From contig CALMBO010000028.1 of the NCBI GenBank assembly GCA_937860055.1, positions 21,881 through 85,880 on the forward strand: a stretch of 64,000 bases of DNA. Reading direction: 5' to 3'. The stretch comes from an uncultured Verrucomicrobiota bacterium. Its GTDB lineage: Bacteria > Verrucomicrobiota > Kiritimatiellia > CAIQIC01 > Lenti-01. This document shows, piece by piece, positions 51,048 through 60,553 of the stretch. Every line of letters begins with the position of its first letter. Within the stretch, counting starts at the first letter, position 1. Under the pieces are notes generated by a model. The model did no database searches, had not been told where the DNA came from, and worked only from the letters and a program-made list of their open reading frames with translations. The position numbers and the translations under genes were made by a program.

Positions 51048-51382
51048 TGGCACTCCGGCGGCAGCTTGGCGCGCGCCGCGTCGTCGGCCGACAGATCGTT
51101 CACGGCGAAACCGGCATGGCGCACGACCACCTCGATGTTCCGGCGCCCCAGGCGCACATTGTCGTAGTCCACCCATGCCTTCCGCGCCGCCAGATCGATG
51201 CGGATGTCCCGGATGGCCCCTTCGCCCAGGCGGGCGATGGCGTCCCTCACCGTCTCCGCGCAGGCCTCGGTCTTCATCGCGGGGATGTCGAGTTCGATCG
51301 TCGAGACCGTGTTGCGGAAGCACCCCGCCCCCAGCGCCAGCAGCGCCACCACTCCGATCCAACCAGCTGTCGTCCTGTTCAT
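51044..51382 (-). CDS. Lipoprotein with HMA-like domain
   Basis: LALGAGC lipobox; IPAMKTEAC..VDYD..AGF ferredoxin-like pattern. Confidence 0.65.
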   Translation of the reverse strand: MNRTTAGWIGVVALLALGAGCFRNTVSTIELDIPAMKTEACAETVRDAIARLGEGAIRDIRIDLAARKAWVDYDNVRLGRRNIEVVVRHAGFAVNDLSADDAARAKLPPECQ

Positions 51383-51468
51383 GTTCGCCTCTCCAGAAGA
51401 TTGGGCAAACTATTCCACCCCGCCGCCCCCCTGTCAACGCTCCCCGCCGGGATTCCGGCAACCGTCCC

Positions 51469-52911
51469 TTATTCCCGGTCCAGCGCGACCTGCCGGCCGA
51501 TCAGTTCCGCCGCCAGCCGCGCGCGGGCCGCCAACTCCGGATGCGCCGAAGCCGCCGGATCCTCCGCGAAGGCGCGGTACAGCTCCAGCGCCTCCTCGCG
51601 GCGCCCCTGTTTCCACACCGCCAGCGCCAGGTTCAGCCGCGTGTTCGGCGTGCCGGGTTCCCGCGCCAGGATTTCCCGGTAGGCGGCCTCTGCATCCGCA
51701 AACCGCTCCAGATGCATCCATTCTCCCGCCTGCCGATAGCGGAAATAGGTGGCGTCCCCGCGACGGAGGGCCTGGCCATACACCGCCGCCGCCCGGGCAT
51801 GCTCTCCCTCTTCGCACGCCAGGCGCGCCTTTCGCTCCAGCTCGGCGCCATCTCCCGCACCCGGCATTTCCCGGTGGAAGAACGCCCATCCCAGCAGCGA
51901 AATCAGCAGCAGTCCGCCGCAGACGAGCGATCCCCGGACGATGGCCCTTCCATGCGCATCCAGCCAGCGCACGGCCGGCGGGATCCCCTCCGCATACGGC
52001 GAACGGACCGCCTCGGCCCCCAGGGTCAGCACGGTCCAGGCGGCCTGTTCCACCGCCGTCGCGCCCGCCGGCAGGCCGGCCCGGTGCATCCGGGCCACCA
52101 CGCTGTTGTGAGGCGTGCGAAGCAGCAACGCGAAAAACAGCGCCCACGTCCGCGCCGGCCAGGCCAGGGGAGCCATCTCCGCCGCGCGCGACCGCAACCC
52201 CTCGGACATCGTCTCCGTCCGCCCTTCCCATATCAGGGGGAAAAATCCGCACGGCGAGGGATCCGGCACGTTCTCCCCTCCCGCATCGTAGCGGTGGAAT
52301 GCGGAGGCTTCCTCGTTCCAGAAGCTGTCCTTCAGCCAGTTGTCCAGTTCGCGCTGCTCGCTTTCGGCCGCGTCCAGCGCCCGGCCGAACCGGTCATTCC
52401 CCTTCGCCAGCCGGTCCAGCGCCGAAGCTTCGTTCGACAACAGCACCGCCAGATCCACCGTGAAGCGGCCGGGCGCGAATTCCGCGGGGAAAAGGGCCTC
52501 CGCCGCCGATCCCCAGAGCGGCAAGCCCGTCCCCCTCGCATCGTAGCGGTCGAGTTCGCGCTCCACGCACCGCGCCAACACCGGCAGGATGCGTTCCACA
52601 AATACCTCGGGCTCCGGGTGCGTTTCCGCCACCTGTTCCGCCAGCTGGCAGACCACCGGACAGGACGGCGAGAGATTGCCCTCCCCGTCCGCCGTCGCCA
52701 GCCACGCCTCGATCAGGCGACCCGCCATCTCGGGATCCGCCAAGGCCCATGCCGCGATCGCCAGCGGGAGCTCCGCCGCCGCCGAAGCCGCGTCCACCGG
52801 CAACGCCGCCAGCGCGGAGGCCGCGTTTCGTTTCGCCTTCGCGGGCAAGGTCTCCAGCCAGGTCCGGCCTTTCGGACCTTCCGGCGGCGCTTGTTCGGCA
52901 TTCGGATTCAT
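51469..52911 (-). CDS. Membrane protein with C-terminal TPR repeats and N-terminal glycosidase-like region
   Basis: TM GLLLISLLGWAFF, TPR-like AEAAYREIL..NLALAVWKQGRREEA; start uncertain. Confidence 0.6.
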   Translation of the reverse strand: MNPNAEQAPPEGPKGRTWLETLPAKAKRNAASALAALPVDAASAAAELPLAIAAWALADPEMAGRLIEAWLATADGEGNLSPSCPVVCQLAEQVAETHPEPEVFVERILPVLARCVERELDRYDARGTGLPLWGSAAEALFPAEFAPGRFTVDLAVLLSNEASALDRLAKGNDRFGRALDAAESEQRELDNWLKDSFWNEEASAFHRYDAGGENVPDPSPCGFFPLIWEGRTETMSEGLRSRAAEMAPLAWPARTWALFFALLLRTPHNSVVARMHRAGLPAGATAVEQAAWTVLTLGAEAVRSPYAEGIPPAVRWLDAHGRAIVRGSLVCGGLLLISLLGWAFFHREMPGAGDGAELERKARLACEEGEHARAAAVYGQALRRGDATYFRYRQAGEWMHLERFADAEAAYREILAREPGTPNTRLNLALAVWKQGRREEALELYRAFAEDPAASAHPELAARARLAAELIGRQVALDRE

Positions 52912-52993
52912 CGCGGCCAGTATATCCATCCGCCACATCTTCCACCAAATGAAAAAGTTGCTTCCCCCTCTCGCCGCCGCTACACTTCCGCCC

Positions 52994-54271
52994 ATGAAAA
53001 TTTCCTCTTCCACGGGCACGGTCCTGCTCGCGCTGATCGCGATGGCGACTTCCTCCGCCACCGCCGAAACGCGGATGCAGGTCGCCGCCGCTTCCACCCC
53101 CATCTATGCGCAGGCCTCCGCCGGCGCGCAGCAGGTCGGCTCCGCCTCCTCCGGCGAAATCCTCTTCGTCTCGCGCACGGAAGGCGATTGGGCCGCCATC
53201 TCGCCACCCGACCGCCTCGATCTCTGGCTCAACAAGGATTTCATCGAGGGCAACCGCGTCGTCGCCAGGAGCATCCAGGTCCGCTCCGGCCCCGGCATCG
53301 AATATGAAATCGTCGGAACCCTCGAGCGCGGCGCCGCCGTCATGCCCCGCGGCGAAGAAGGCGACTGGTGCAAGATCGCCCCTCCCTCCTCCACCACCCT
53401 GTGGGTCAAGAAGGGCGATCTTTCCGAAGTCCGCACGCACACCACGCCCATCCAGGAAGTCGCCCCGGTTCCGGAGCCGCCCAAACCGGCGCCGGCGCCG
53501 GCACCGGCCGCCGCCCCGGCGCCCCAGCCCGCCCCTCCGGCCATCGAACCGCTTCCCCCGCCGGAGGTCAAACCTTCACCGGCCGCCTCCGTTCCTGAAC
53601 CTCAACCCCCCCCGGTGGCCGAGCCCCCCCCTCCGGCTCCCGCCCCCAAGGTCGCTCCCTCCACGCCAAAGGCCCCCTCCGCCAAACCGGTCGCAGAGCC
53701 GAAGCCGGCTCCGGCGGCTTCCGTTCCCTCCACGCCCGCCAGGCCTGTCCCTCCCCGCACCGTCGCGCCTGCCGCGCCGGCGCTGAAGCCCGCCACGGCC
53801 CTCCCCGCCCCGGCGCCCCGTCCTTCTTCGACGAACGCCATCGCACCCGCCAAGCGCCCTGCCGCCAAGCCGTCCGTTTCCACCTCCATCCCCACCACGC
53901 CCAGCGCCGTCATCTCGCAGAAGTCCAGGAACGTCGAGGTCAAGGTCAACCAGGCCTATGTCGACGATCTCGACTTGCTGGACCAGCCCAACCAAGGCAA
54001 GGCCGTCCAGGTCGAAGGAGAACTCCGCAACGCCCCCTTCATGGCCGCCTCCCCGTCCCGCTACCGCCTGCAAACCCAGGACGAAAACGGCATCCTCGAA
54101 ATGATCTGCCACATCCATGGCGATTCCGAAGCACTCCGCCCATACGTCGGACGGACCGTCTCCATCCGCGGGCGCGAATACTGGGTGGAGAACAGCGACA
54201 TGCCCGTCGTCGTCGTCGGCCAGATCGTGCCTCTCGCCCCCGCCGACGAAGACGAACCGGTGCTGTTCTGA
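52994..54271 (+). CDS. Exported tandem SH3b protein with Pro-rich linker
   Basis: Signal peptide, IQVRSGPGIEYEIVG, GDWCKIAPP, long P/A linker. Confidence 0.75.
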   Translation: MKISSSTGTVLLALIAMATSSATAETRMQVAAASTPIYAQASAGAQQVGSASSGEILFVSRTEGDWAAISPPDRLDLWLNKDFIEGNRVVARSIQVRSGPGIEYEIVGTLERGAAVMPRGEEGDWCKIAPPSSTTLWVKKGDLSEVRTHTTPIQEVAPVPEPPKPAPAPAPAAAPAPQPAPPAIEPLPPPEVKPSPAASVPEPQPPPVAEPPPPAPAPKVAPSTPKAPSAKPVAEPKPAPAASVPSTPARPVPPRTVAPAAPALKPATALPAPAPRPSSTNAIAPAKRPAAKPSVSTSIPTTPSAVISQKSRNVEVKVNQAYVDDLDLLDQPNQGKAVQVEGELRNAPFMAASPSRYRLQTQDENGILEMICHIHGDSEALRPYVGRTVSIRGREYWVENSDMPVVVVGQIVPLAPADEDEPVLF

Positions 54272-54897
54272 TGCCGCCTCCCGCCCCCTCCCCCGGACAT
54301 CCTCGCGCCATCGGACTGCTGGGCGGCACCTTCAATCCCGTCCACGACGGCCATCTGTCCATCGCCGGCGAAGCCCTGCGCCTCTTCGGCCTCGATGCCG
54401 TCTGGTTCATCCCCTGCGCCGTGCCGCCCCACAAGCCCGCCTGCCACCTCGCGTCCAACGAAGACCGCCTCGCCATGGTCCGCCTGGCCATCGCCGGCGA
54501 GCCCCGCTTTAGCGCCCTCCCCATCGAATTCGAACGCCCCGGGAAGTCCTACACCGTCGACACCATCCGCGCCCTCCAGTCCCTCCATCCCGGCGCGGGC
54601 TTCGTCTTCATCATCGGCGCCGACACCCTCCCCGAGCTCCACACCTGGCACAAGCCCCTCGAACTTCTTTCCGCCGTCCGCATCGTCACCCTCGCCCGGC
54701 CCGGCTTCGTCCCCGATCCCGGCGCCCTGCACCTCCCGCCCCCCTGGCCCGGAAAGCTCCTTTCCGACCTCCGCACCGGCAACCCCCTCGATGTCTCCTC
54801 CCGCGACATCCGCGCAAAAATCGCCGCCGGCCAGCCCGTTTCCCTTGTCCCCGAACCCGTCCTCCGCTACATTCAGGAACATAAATTATACCGATGA
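54271..54897 (+). CDS. nadD: Nicotinate-nucleotide adenylyltransferase
   Basis: GGTFNPVHDGH, PPHK, SYTVDT, IIGAD, SSRDIR. Confidence 0.95.
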   Translation: MPPPAPSPGHPRAIGLLGGTFNPVHDGHLSIAGEALRLFGLDAVWFIPCAVPPHKPACHLASNEDRLAMVRLAIAGEPRFSALPIEFERPGKSYTVDTIRALQSLHPGAGFVFIIGADTLPELHTWHKPLELLSAVRIVTLARPGFVPDPGALHLPPPWPGKLLSDLRTGNPLDVSSRDIRAKIAAGQPVSLVPEPVLRYIQEHKLYR

Positions 54898-55364
54898 AAA
54901 ACTCCAAATCCCCCGCCCCCAGGTCCGCCGCAAAGAAATCCGCGTCCCGGAAATCCCCCGCGAAAAAGGCCGTGTCCAGGAAAACGCCGGCCAAAAAGCC
55001 CGCGCGCGCTCCGCACTCCGCCGACGCCCTCCGGACCCGCGTGGAGAAGATCCGCGCCATCCTCGAATCCAAGAAGGGCGAGAACATCGTCGTCATGCAT
55101 GTGGCCAAGGTTTCCAGCGTCACCGACTACATGATCCTCTGCACCGGCCTGAACAACCCCCACCTGCGCGCCCTGGCCGACGAAGTCGCCAAGCAGCTCC
55201 GGCTGGAAACCCCTCCCGTCGCCGCCCATCGCCGCGCCGGCTCCGTCGAAAGCGAATGGCTCGTTCTCGACTACTTCGATTTCGTCGTCCATCTCTTCAC
55301 CCCCCAGATGCGCGCCTACTACGCCCTCGAACAGCTCTGGAAGGATGCCCCCATCGTCCAGTAG
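54894..55364 (+). CDS. rsfS: Ribosome silencing factor
   Basis: KKGENI, DYMILCTG, WLVLDYFDFVVHLF..RAYYALEQLW; follows nadD. Confidence 0.93.
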   Translation: MKNSKSPAPRSAAKKSASRKSPAKKAVSRKTPAKKPARAPHSADALRTRVEKIRAILESKKGENIVVMHVAKVSSVTDYMILCTGLNNPHLRALADEVAKQLRLETPPVAAHRRAGSVESEWLVLDYFDFVVHLFTPQMRAYYALEQLWKDAPIVQ

Positions 55365-55424
55365 CCGCTCCGCGGCCCCCTCTGCGGGAGGGCGCCGCAT
55401 GAACCACGGCCGCGAAAGGCCCGC

Positions 55425-56387
55425 ATGAACAGGATCTCGCTGGACGAAAACCGGATCGACGCCTTCGCCCGGCATCTGCGCGGCGCCGGAAACGCCAGGC
55501 CGTTCGACTTCTGCTCCCCCAGCGAAGGGTTCATCTATCCGGAACGCGGCCGCCCCGGCGTCCTCGAAACCTTCTTCTTCGCCTGCGCCCACCAGTTCGG
55601 CTTCTGGACCCTCGATGGCAACCGCTGGGCCCGGCCCATGGTCGCCCGCCTCGACGGACGCGACCTCAAGGGATCCGACTTCCTCTTCCGCGCCACCACC
55701 CGCGCGGGGCAGAAGGATCCGCACGTCTTCTCCCCGGCTTCGCTGGCGGCCATGCCGGATGCCGGACTCGACGCCCTGTTCCACGACGATGCCGGCCGGA
55801 ACCCCCTGCCCATGTGGACCGAACATCTCGAGCTCATCCGCGGCTATGCCCGGTGGTTCACCTCCCGGGACCTCGCCCCCGCCGATCTTCTCCGCCGCGC
55901 CGCCGCCGAACCCAAGCCGCTGTACGCGCTGCTCTCGGCCCTCGCCGGAATCCCCGGCTACGCGGAAGACCCGCTCCAGAAAAAGGCCATGCTGCTCGCC
56001 ATCGTGCTGGAAAACCGCCCCGAGCATTTCCTCGAAGTCTCCGATCCGGATTCGGCCGTCCCCATCATCGACTACCACCTCCAGCGCAGCGCCCTCCGCA
56101 CCGGCCTCATCCGCATCGAGGAGGCCTCCCTCCGGAAAAAGATCGAGGCCCGCACGCTCCTCGGCGCCCCGGAGGAGGCCGCCATACGCGCCGCCACCTA
56201 TCGCGCCATCGAAAAGCTCATCGCGCGTTCCGGGCTCTCCGCCGCCGCCGTGGACTGGTTCTTCTTCCAGAACCGGACCCGGTGCCCCGAAACGGCCGAG
56301 CCCGATTGCCCCGCCTGCCCCGTGCAGGCCCTCTGCGCCCGCCAAACCCGCCTCTTCCAGCCCGTCTACCGCACCACCGCCTATTGA
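55425..56387 (+). CDS. Queuosine-salvage-like protein with C-terminal 4-Cys motif
   Basis: HQFGFW, KKAML, IDYHLQR..LRTG, EEAAIRAA, VDWFFF, TTAY end resemble the Q_salvage family; CPETAEPDCPACPVQALC. Confidence 0.55.
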   Translation: MNRISLDENRIDAFARHLRGAGNARPFDFCSPSEGFIYPERGRPGVLETFFFACAHQFGFWTLDGNRWARPMVARLDGRDLKGSDFLFRATTRAGQKDPHVFSPASLAAMPDAGLDALFHDDAGRNPLPMWTEHLELIRGYARWFTSRDLAPADLLRRAAAEPKPLYALLSALAGIPGYAEDPLQKKAMLLAIVLENRPEHFLEVSDPDSAVPIIDYHLQRSALRTGLIRIEEASLRKKIEARTLLGAPEEAAIRAATYRAIEKLIARSGLSAAAVDWFFFQNRTRCPETAEPDCPACPVQALCARQTRLFQPVYRTTAY

Positions 56388-56404
56388 TCCGCGGAAAGCC
56401 CGCC

Positions 56405-58015
56405 TCAGCGCGCGAGGCTGATCCAGACGACGCGGAATCCCTCGAGGATCTGGCGGGCCTCCTCGAGATAGAGCCGCGCCACCTCCCGGTTGTTCACCAC
56501 CACCATCAGGTCGTGCGAGAGGACAGAGGTGTTGTACCAGTTGAAGGAACCATCGAGGACGATCTGCTCGTCGATGACGCACTGCTTGGAATGGATGGGC
56601 GAATACGGCACGGCGCGGTCGTGGACGCCATAGACGAGCGCAACGGACAGCCCCGCGTCGCGGAGGCGCCGCACGGCCGGCAGCATCGTCCGCTGCAGCT
56701 CGTCGGACATGCTGCGCTCCTTTGCCGGGTCGCCCTCCCATGCGAGATGGCCGTTCAGGATCACGCGCACGTAGACGCCCCGGTTCTTCGCCTGGATCAG
56801 CGCATCGATCACGCTGTCGCCATGCTCCCCCCTCAGCTCGTTGACCAGGAACAGGCACAGGTGGATCGAATGCCGCGCCCGCGAGATCTCCCCGAGGATC
56901 GCCTGGTGCGGACGGTAGTAGCGGCCGTTCAACATCGCGGTGCGGCCGAAGGTGTACAGCAGGTTGAACGGCGCGAACGGATCGATCCCGTAGCGCTGGA
57001 TCACCCCGCCGCGGCAGGACTGGAAGATGTTGTCCAGCAGCCGGCACATGCCGTGGGAGCGGAACGTCATGCCCGATTCCCAGTTGCTGCCCCACCGGTC
57101 GAACGTGATGTTGAAGGAACCCACGATGGCATCCTCGTCGCCGAAGACAATGAATTTGTTGTGCATGTCCGTCGCCACCTCGGCCAGGGGGTCGCGCGTC
57201 GTGCAGACCTCGCCCAGCAGCTCGATCCCCGACCGCTTCAGGTCGAGGTAGTTGGAACTGTTGGTCAGCGTCATCTTCCGCCAGTCCACGATGACCTGCA
57301 CCGGCACCCCGCGGCGGTGCGCGTGGACCAGGTGCCGGATGAAATCCCCGTCGTCCACGCAATCCACGCAGACCTTGATGGCGTGGGGGCGCGCCGGATC
57401 CGCCTGGCGGCGCCAGATCATCGTGTCGATCATGTCGTGGATGTAGCGCTTGGGATGGTAGGGATGCCACGCCTGCCCCTTCGTGAACTTGGGGGTCAGG
57501 CCCAGCGATTCGAAATGGTGGTTCATCCAGTCCACGTCGCGCTGGAGCTGCCCGGCGTCCACCTCGTGCGTGCGGTACGGGTTCGGCGTGGCCCACTGCT
57601 CCGTGACGTGCCGCCGCACCTCCCCCTCGTTCCGGAATTCAGGCCCGTCCATGAAGATGTACTCGAAGCGCGACGGGATGGAGCGGAACTGGTGGTGCAG
57701 GATGTAGGAGAACTTCACGCACGTCACGCGGCCCTGGTGCATCGACTGGGGATGGATGAAGAAATCGCGCGTCTCGCGGTGGTGCCGGTCCCAGTCCCCG
57801 CCGCACGGATCCGTATGCGCCAGGTATTGCTCGAAGGTGCCGTCCTCGTGGAACACCTTGAGGACGACCTTGATGTTCATCTCCGCGCCCCAGTCCACCC
57901 GGAAGCGGATGCGCCCCCAGCGCAGGTAGAACAGCTCCTTGAACTCGTTCCGGCGCGGATAGAGCGGCCCCATCCAGGCGTCGGTCGGCGCGGCGTATTG
58001 TTCGGCAAACTCCAT
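56405..58015 (-). CDS. Phospholipase D superfamily protein (two HKD-like motifs)
   Basis: MHNKFIVFGD..VGSFN and IHSKQCVID..DGSFN. Confidence 0.85.
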   Translation of the reverse strand: MEFAEQYAAPTDAWMGPLYPRRNEFKELFYLRWGRIRFRVDWGAEMNIKVVLKVFHEDGTFEQYLAHTDPCGGDWDRHHRETRDFFIHPQSMHQGRVTCVKFSYILHHQFRSIPSRFEYIFMDGPEFRNEGEVRRHVTEQWATPNPYRTHEVDAGQLQRDVDWMNHHFESLGLTPKFTKGQAWHPYHPKRYIHDMIDTMIWRRQADPARPHAIKVCVDCVDDGDFIRHLVHAHRRGVPVQVIVDWRKMTLTNSSNYLDLKRSGIELLGEVCTTRDPLAEVATDMHNKFIVFGDEDAIVGSFNITFDRWGSNWESGMTFRSHGMCRLLDNIFQSCRGGVIQRYGIDPFAPFNLLYTFGRTAMLNGRYYRPHQAILGEISRARHSIHLCLFLVNELRGEHGDSVIDALIQAKNRGVYVRVILNGHLAWEGDPAKERSMSDELQRTMLPAVRRLRDAGLSVALVYGVHDRAVPYSPIHSKQCVIDEQIVLDGSFNWYNTSVLSHDLMVVVNNREVARLYLEEARQILEGFRVVWISLAR

Positions 58016-58024
58016 CGCGCCCCC

Positions 58025-59536
58025 CTACCGCAGCTCGAATTCCACCAGATAGCCCGTGTGGTCGGACACGCGCCCGTAGCGGTTCGCCGTGAACAGCTCC
58101 TCCGCCCAGATCGCCCGCAGCCGGCTGCCCCGCTTGAGCCACAGGTAGTCGATGCGCCCGTCCTGCGCCAGCAGCCGCATCGCGTCGCCCTGCCGTTCGC
58201 GGAACACCTTCTGGAACGTGCGCGGCGAAACGATCTTCAGATACTGGTCCTCGAATCCGCCCGCGTCCACGATGTGCCGGTAGGCCTCGCTGCCCGCCGC
58301 GACGTTGAAATCGCCGCACACCAGCGTGGCGGTCGCCTCGTCCGTGTGCTTTTCGTCCGCCCACCGCTCCAGGCGCTCGAACTGCGGATAGAACCCGTCG
58401 CTCGGCCAGCTCAGGTGCGCGCTGAACACGTTCACCAGCCCGATGTACGGCACGCGCACCTGCGCCATCACGATCTTGCGCGAGTGGATGTCGTAGGGGT
58501 CCCGGCTGTCGGACACGTAGCCCGAATCGACATAGGCGAAAGGATGCCGGCTCAGGATCGCGACGCCTTCGCGGTAGCGGTCGAAGCCGAGGTGCGACCA
58601 GTCCGTGTGCAGATGGTACGGCACCGACAGATGGCCCTGGATGATGCGCGCGGCGTTCGATGCCCAGTCGCCCGCCCCGCCGTTCCAGTTCTCTCCCACT
58701 TCCTGCAGGCAGACGAGATCGATGTTCTGCTCCCGGATCGCCCGCGCCACCTGCTCGAACTTCCGGTGCGGATCCTCCTCCTGGTAGGTGTGCAGGTTCA
58801 GCGTCAGCGCCTTCAGCGTGCCGCGGCGCAGGCGGTAGTTTCGCCCGCCGTGGTTGTCCCAGAAGACCCCCCGCTTCGTCCGGCATTCGACCGCGTACTC
58901 CAGCCGGTAGGCGTGCGGAATCGGGATGCGCCCCGCCCACACCCCCCACCCGTAGCGGTTGGGATTCCGCGCGTTGCTCCCCACGCTCAGGTCCCAGTGG
59001 TTGTGCCGGAAATAGGCGTGCGCCGCATGCGACGTGACCCACCCGTCCTCCGTCCAGTGGATCGCGACGGCCTCCGGCTCCAGCTCCTGCCGCACCGCCA
59101 CCTCCACGGGCAGCGAGACCATCCCCGCCGGCAGCCCCGGATCGCACCCGATCGCCTGCACCGCCGCCGGATCGAAAACAATCACGCCGGAATCCGCATC
59201 CGAACGGTAGTTGCCGCCGAAGCGGCTGTCCCAGTGCTTCTCCCCTTCCCGCTCCATGCACGCCGCGAATTCGATGTTTCCCGGAATCGCCGACTCCATC
59301 GTCAACGGCACGGAAACCTCCGCCGTCCACAGCTCCAGACCCTCCCCCGCCTCGCAGCGGAATTCCGCCGGCGCCGCCCGCCATTCGCGGTCCTCCCCGC
59401 ACCAATGAACCGAAACCCGCTTGCCGAAGCCGATGTTGCGGACGCGCGCCGCGAACGAAATCTCCTGGAAGGTTCCGTTCACCGTCCGGGAAATGATGTT
59501 TTTCACGTAGATCAGCTGGATCGCCGGCATCGCCAT
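58025..59536 (-). CDS. Tandem CBM21-like domains fused to an EEP-family phosphatase
   Basis: VRNIGFGKRV.V.W..IEFA..WDSRFGGNY and AIHWTEDGW..LEYAV..WDNHGGRNY; LTLNLH, LQEV, GDFN, RIDY, VSDH. Confidence 0.8.
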   Translation of the reverse strand: MAMPAIQLIYVKNIISRTVNGTFQEISFAARVRNIGFGKRVSVHWCGEDREWRAAPAEFRCEAGEGLELWTAEVSVPLTMESAIPGNIEFAACMEREGEKHWDSRFGGNYRSDADSGVIVFDPAAVQAIGCDPGLPAGMVSLPVEVAVRQELEPEAVAIHWTEDGWVTSHAAHAYFRHNHWDLSVGSNARNPNRYGWGVWAGRIPIPHAYRLEYAVECRTKRGVFWDNHGGRNYRLRRGTLKALTLNLHTYQEEDPHRKFEQVARAIREQNIDLVCLQEVGENWNGGAGDWASNAARIIQGHLSVPYHLHTDWSHLGFDRYREGVAILSRHPFAYVDSGYVSDSRDPYDIHSRKIVMAQVRVPYIGLVNVFSAHLSWPSDGFYPQFERLERWADEKHTDEATATLVCGDFNVAAGSEAYRHIVDAGGFEDQYLKIVSPRTFQKVFRERQGDAMRLLAQDGRIDYLWLKRGSRLRAIWAEELFTANRYGRVSDHTGYLVEFELR

Positions 59537-59639
59537 ACGGGGGGAGACCTTAACTGAAAAACCCGGCGCGCGCGAAAGTTTTTTCCCGCGGAAGCGAAAA
59601 TCCGCTATCTTCTCCTGCCATATCGAACGGAGGACCTCC

Positions 59640-60542
59640 ATGAAGAATCCGATCCTGATCCGCCTCGGCCTCCTGGCCGCGCTCCTGGCGCTCGCTTCCG
59701 GCTGCGCCACCACGGACTTCGTCACCGGCCAGCCCGTCCAGAACATCTACAGCCTCGACGAGGATGTCCAGCTCGGCCAGGATTTCTACAAGGAAACCAT
59801 CGCCGAACTGAAGAAGGAAAAGGCGCCCATCGACCAGGATCCCGTCCGCGTCGCCCTCGTGAAGGACGTGACCGCCCACATCGCGGCCGTCGCCAACATC
59901 ACCAACCTCCCCTACCAGGTCACCTATGTAGGCGATCCCGGGATGGTCAACGCCTTCGCCTTCCCCGGCGGAAACATCATGGTCTTCGAAGGCCTCTGGG
60001 ACCCGAAGGAGGGCCTCGTCCAGACCGTGGACGAACTGGCCGCCGTCGTCGCCCACGAGATCGCCCACGTCAACTGCCGCCATTCCACCGAGGCCATGAC
60101 GCGCGAGATGCTGCCCAACCTCATCCTCGCCGGCGGCATGGTCTATGCGTCGATCGAGGAGGACGAGGATCTCCAGCTCCTGTTCGGCGGCCTCATGCTC
60201 GTGCACGACGGCCTCATCGTCACCAAGTATTCCCGCGTGGACGAGCTGGAAGCCGACCGCGTCGGCATGATGTACATGGCCAGGGCCGGCTACGATCCCG
60301 CCGCCGCCCCCCGCGTCTGGGAGCGCCTGGCCGGCGCCAGCGACAACCAGGTCGAAAAGGTCCTCAGCATCTTCTCCACCCACCCGCGCGACTTCAAGCG
60401 CACGCAGGAGCTGCGCAAGCACCTCCCCGAAGCCCAGGCCCTCTACGAAGCCGCCCCCGTCAAGCGCAACGGCTCCAAAAAGCTTTCCGACCTCCCCCCC
60501 CTCCAGAAATCAAAACCCGCCGCCGACGCAGCCAAAAAGTAA
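59640..60542 (+). CDS. M48 family metallopeptidase lipoprotein
   Basis: LASGC lipobox, VNAFAFPGG, AHEIAHV, YSRVDELEAD, AGYDP, STHP. Confidence 0.93.
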   Translation: MKNPILIRLGLLAALLALASGCATTDFVTGQPVQNIYSLDEDVQLGQDFYKETIAELKKEKAPIDQDPVRVALVKDVTAHIAAVANITNLPYQVTYVGDPGMVNAFAFPGGNIMVFEGLWDPKEGLVQTVDELAAVVAHEIAHVNCRHSTEAMTREMLPNLILAGGMVYASIEEDEDLQLLFGGLMLVHDGLIVTKYSRVDELEADRVGMMYMARAGYDPAAAPRVWERLAGASDNQVEKVLSIFSTHPRDFKRTQELRKHLPEAQALYEAAPVKRNGSKKLSDLPPLQKSKPAADAAKK

Positions 60543-60553
60543 GTCCCCGGAGA

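Noticed and set aside
53460..53910. Low-complexity C-rich repeats (also 10300-10460)
   Set aside because: They encode Pro/Ala and Pro/Glu linkers of the SH3b protein and TonB; not independent DNA elements.
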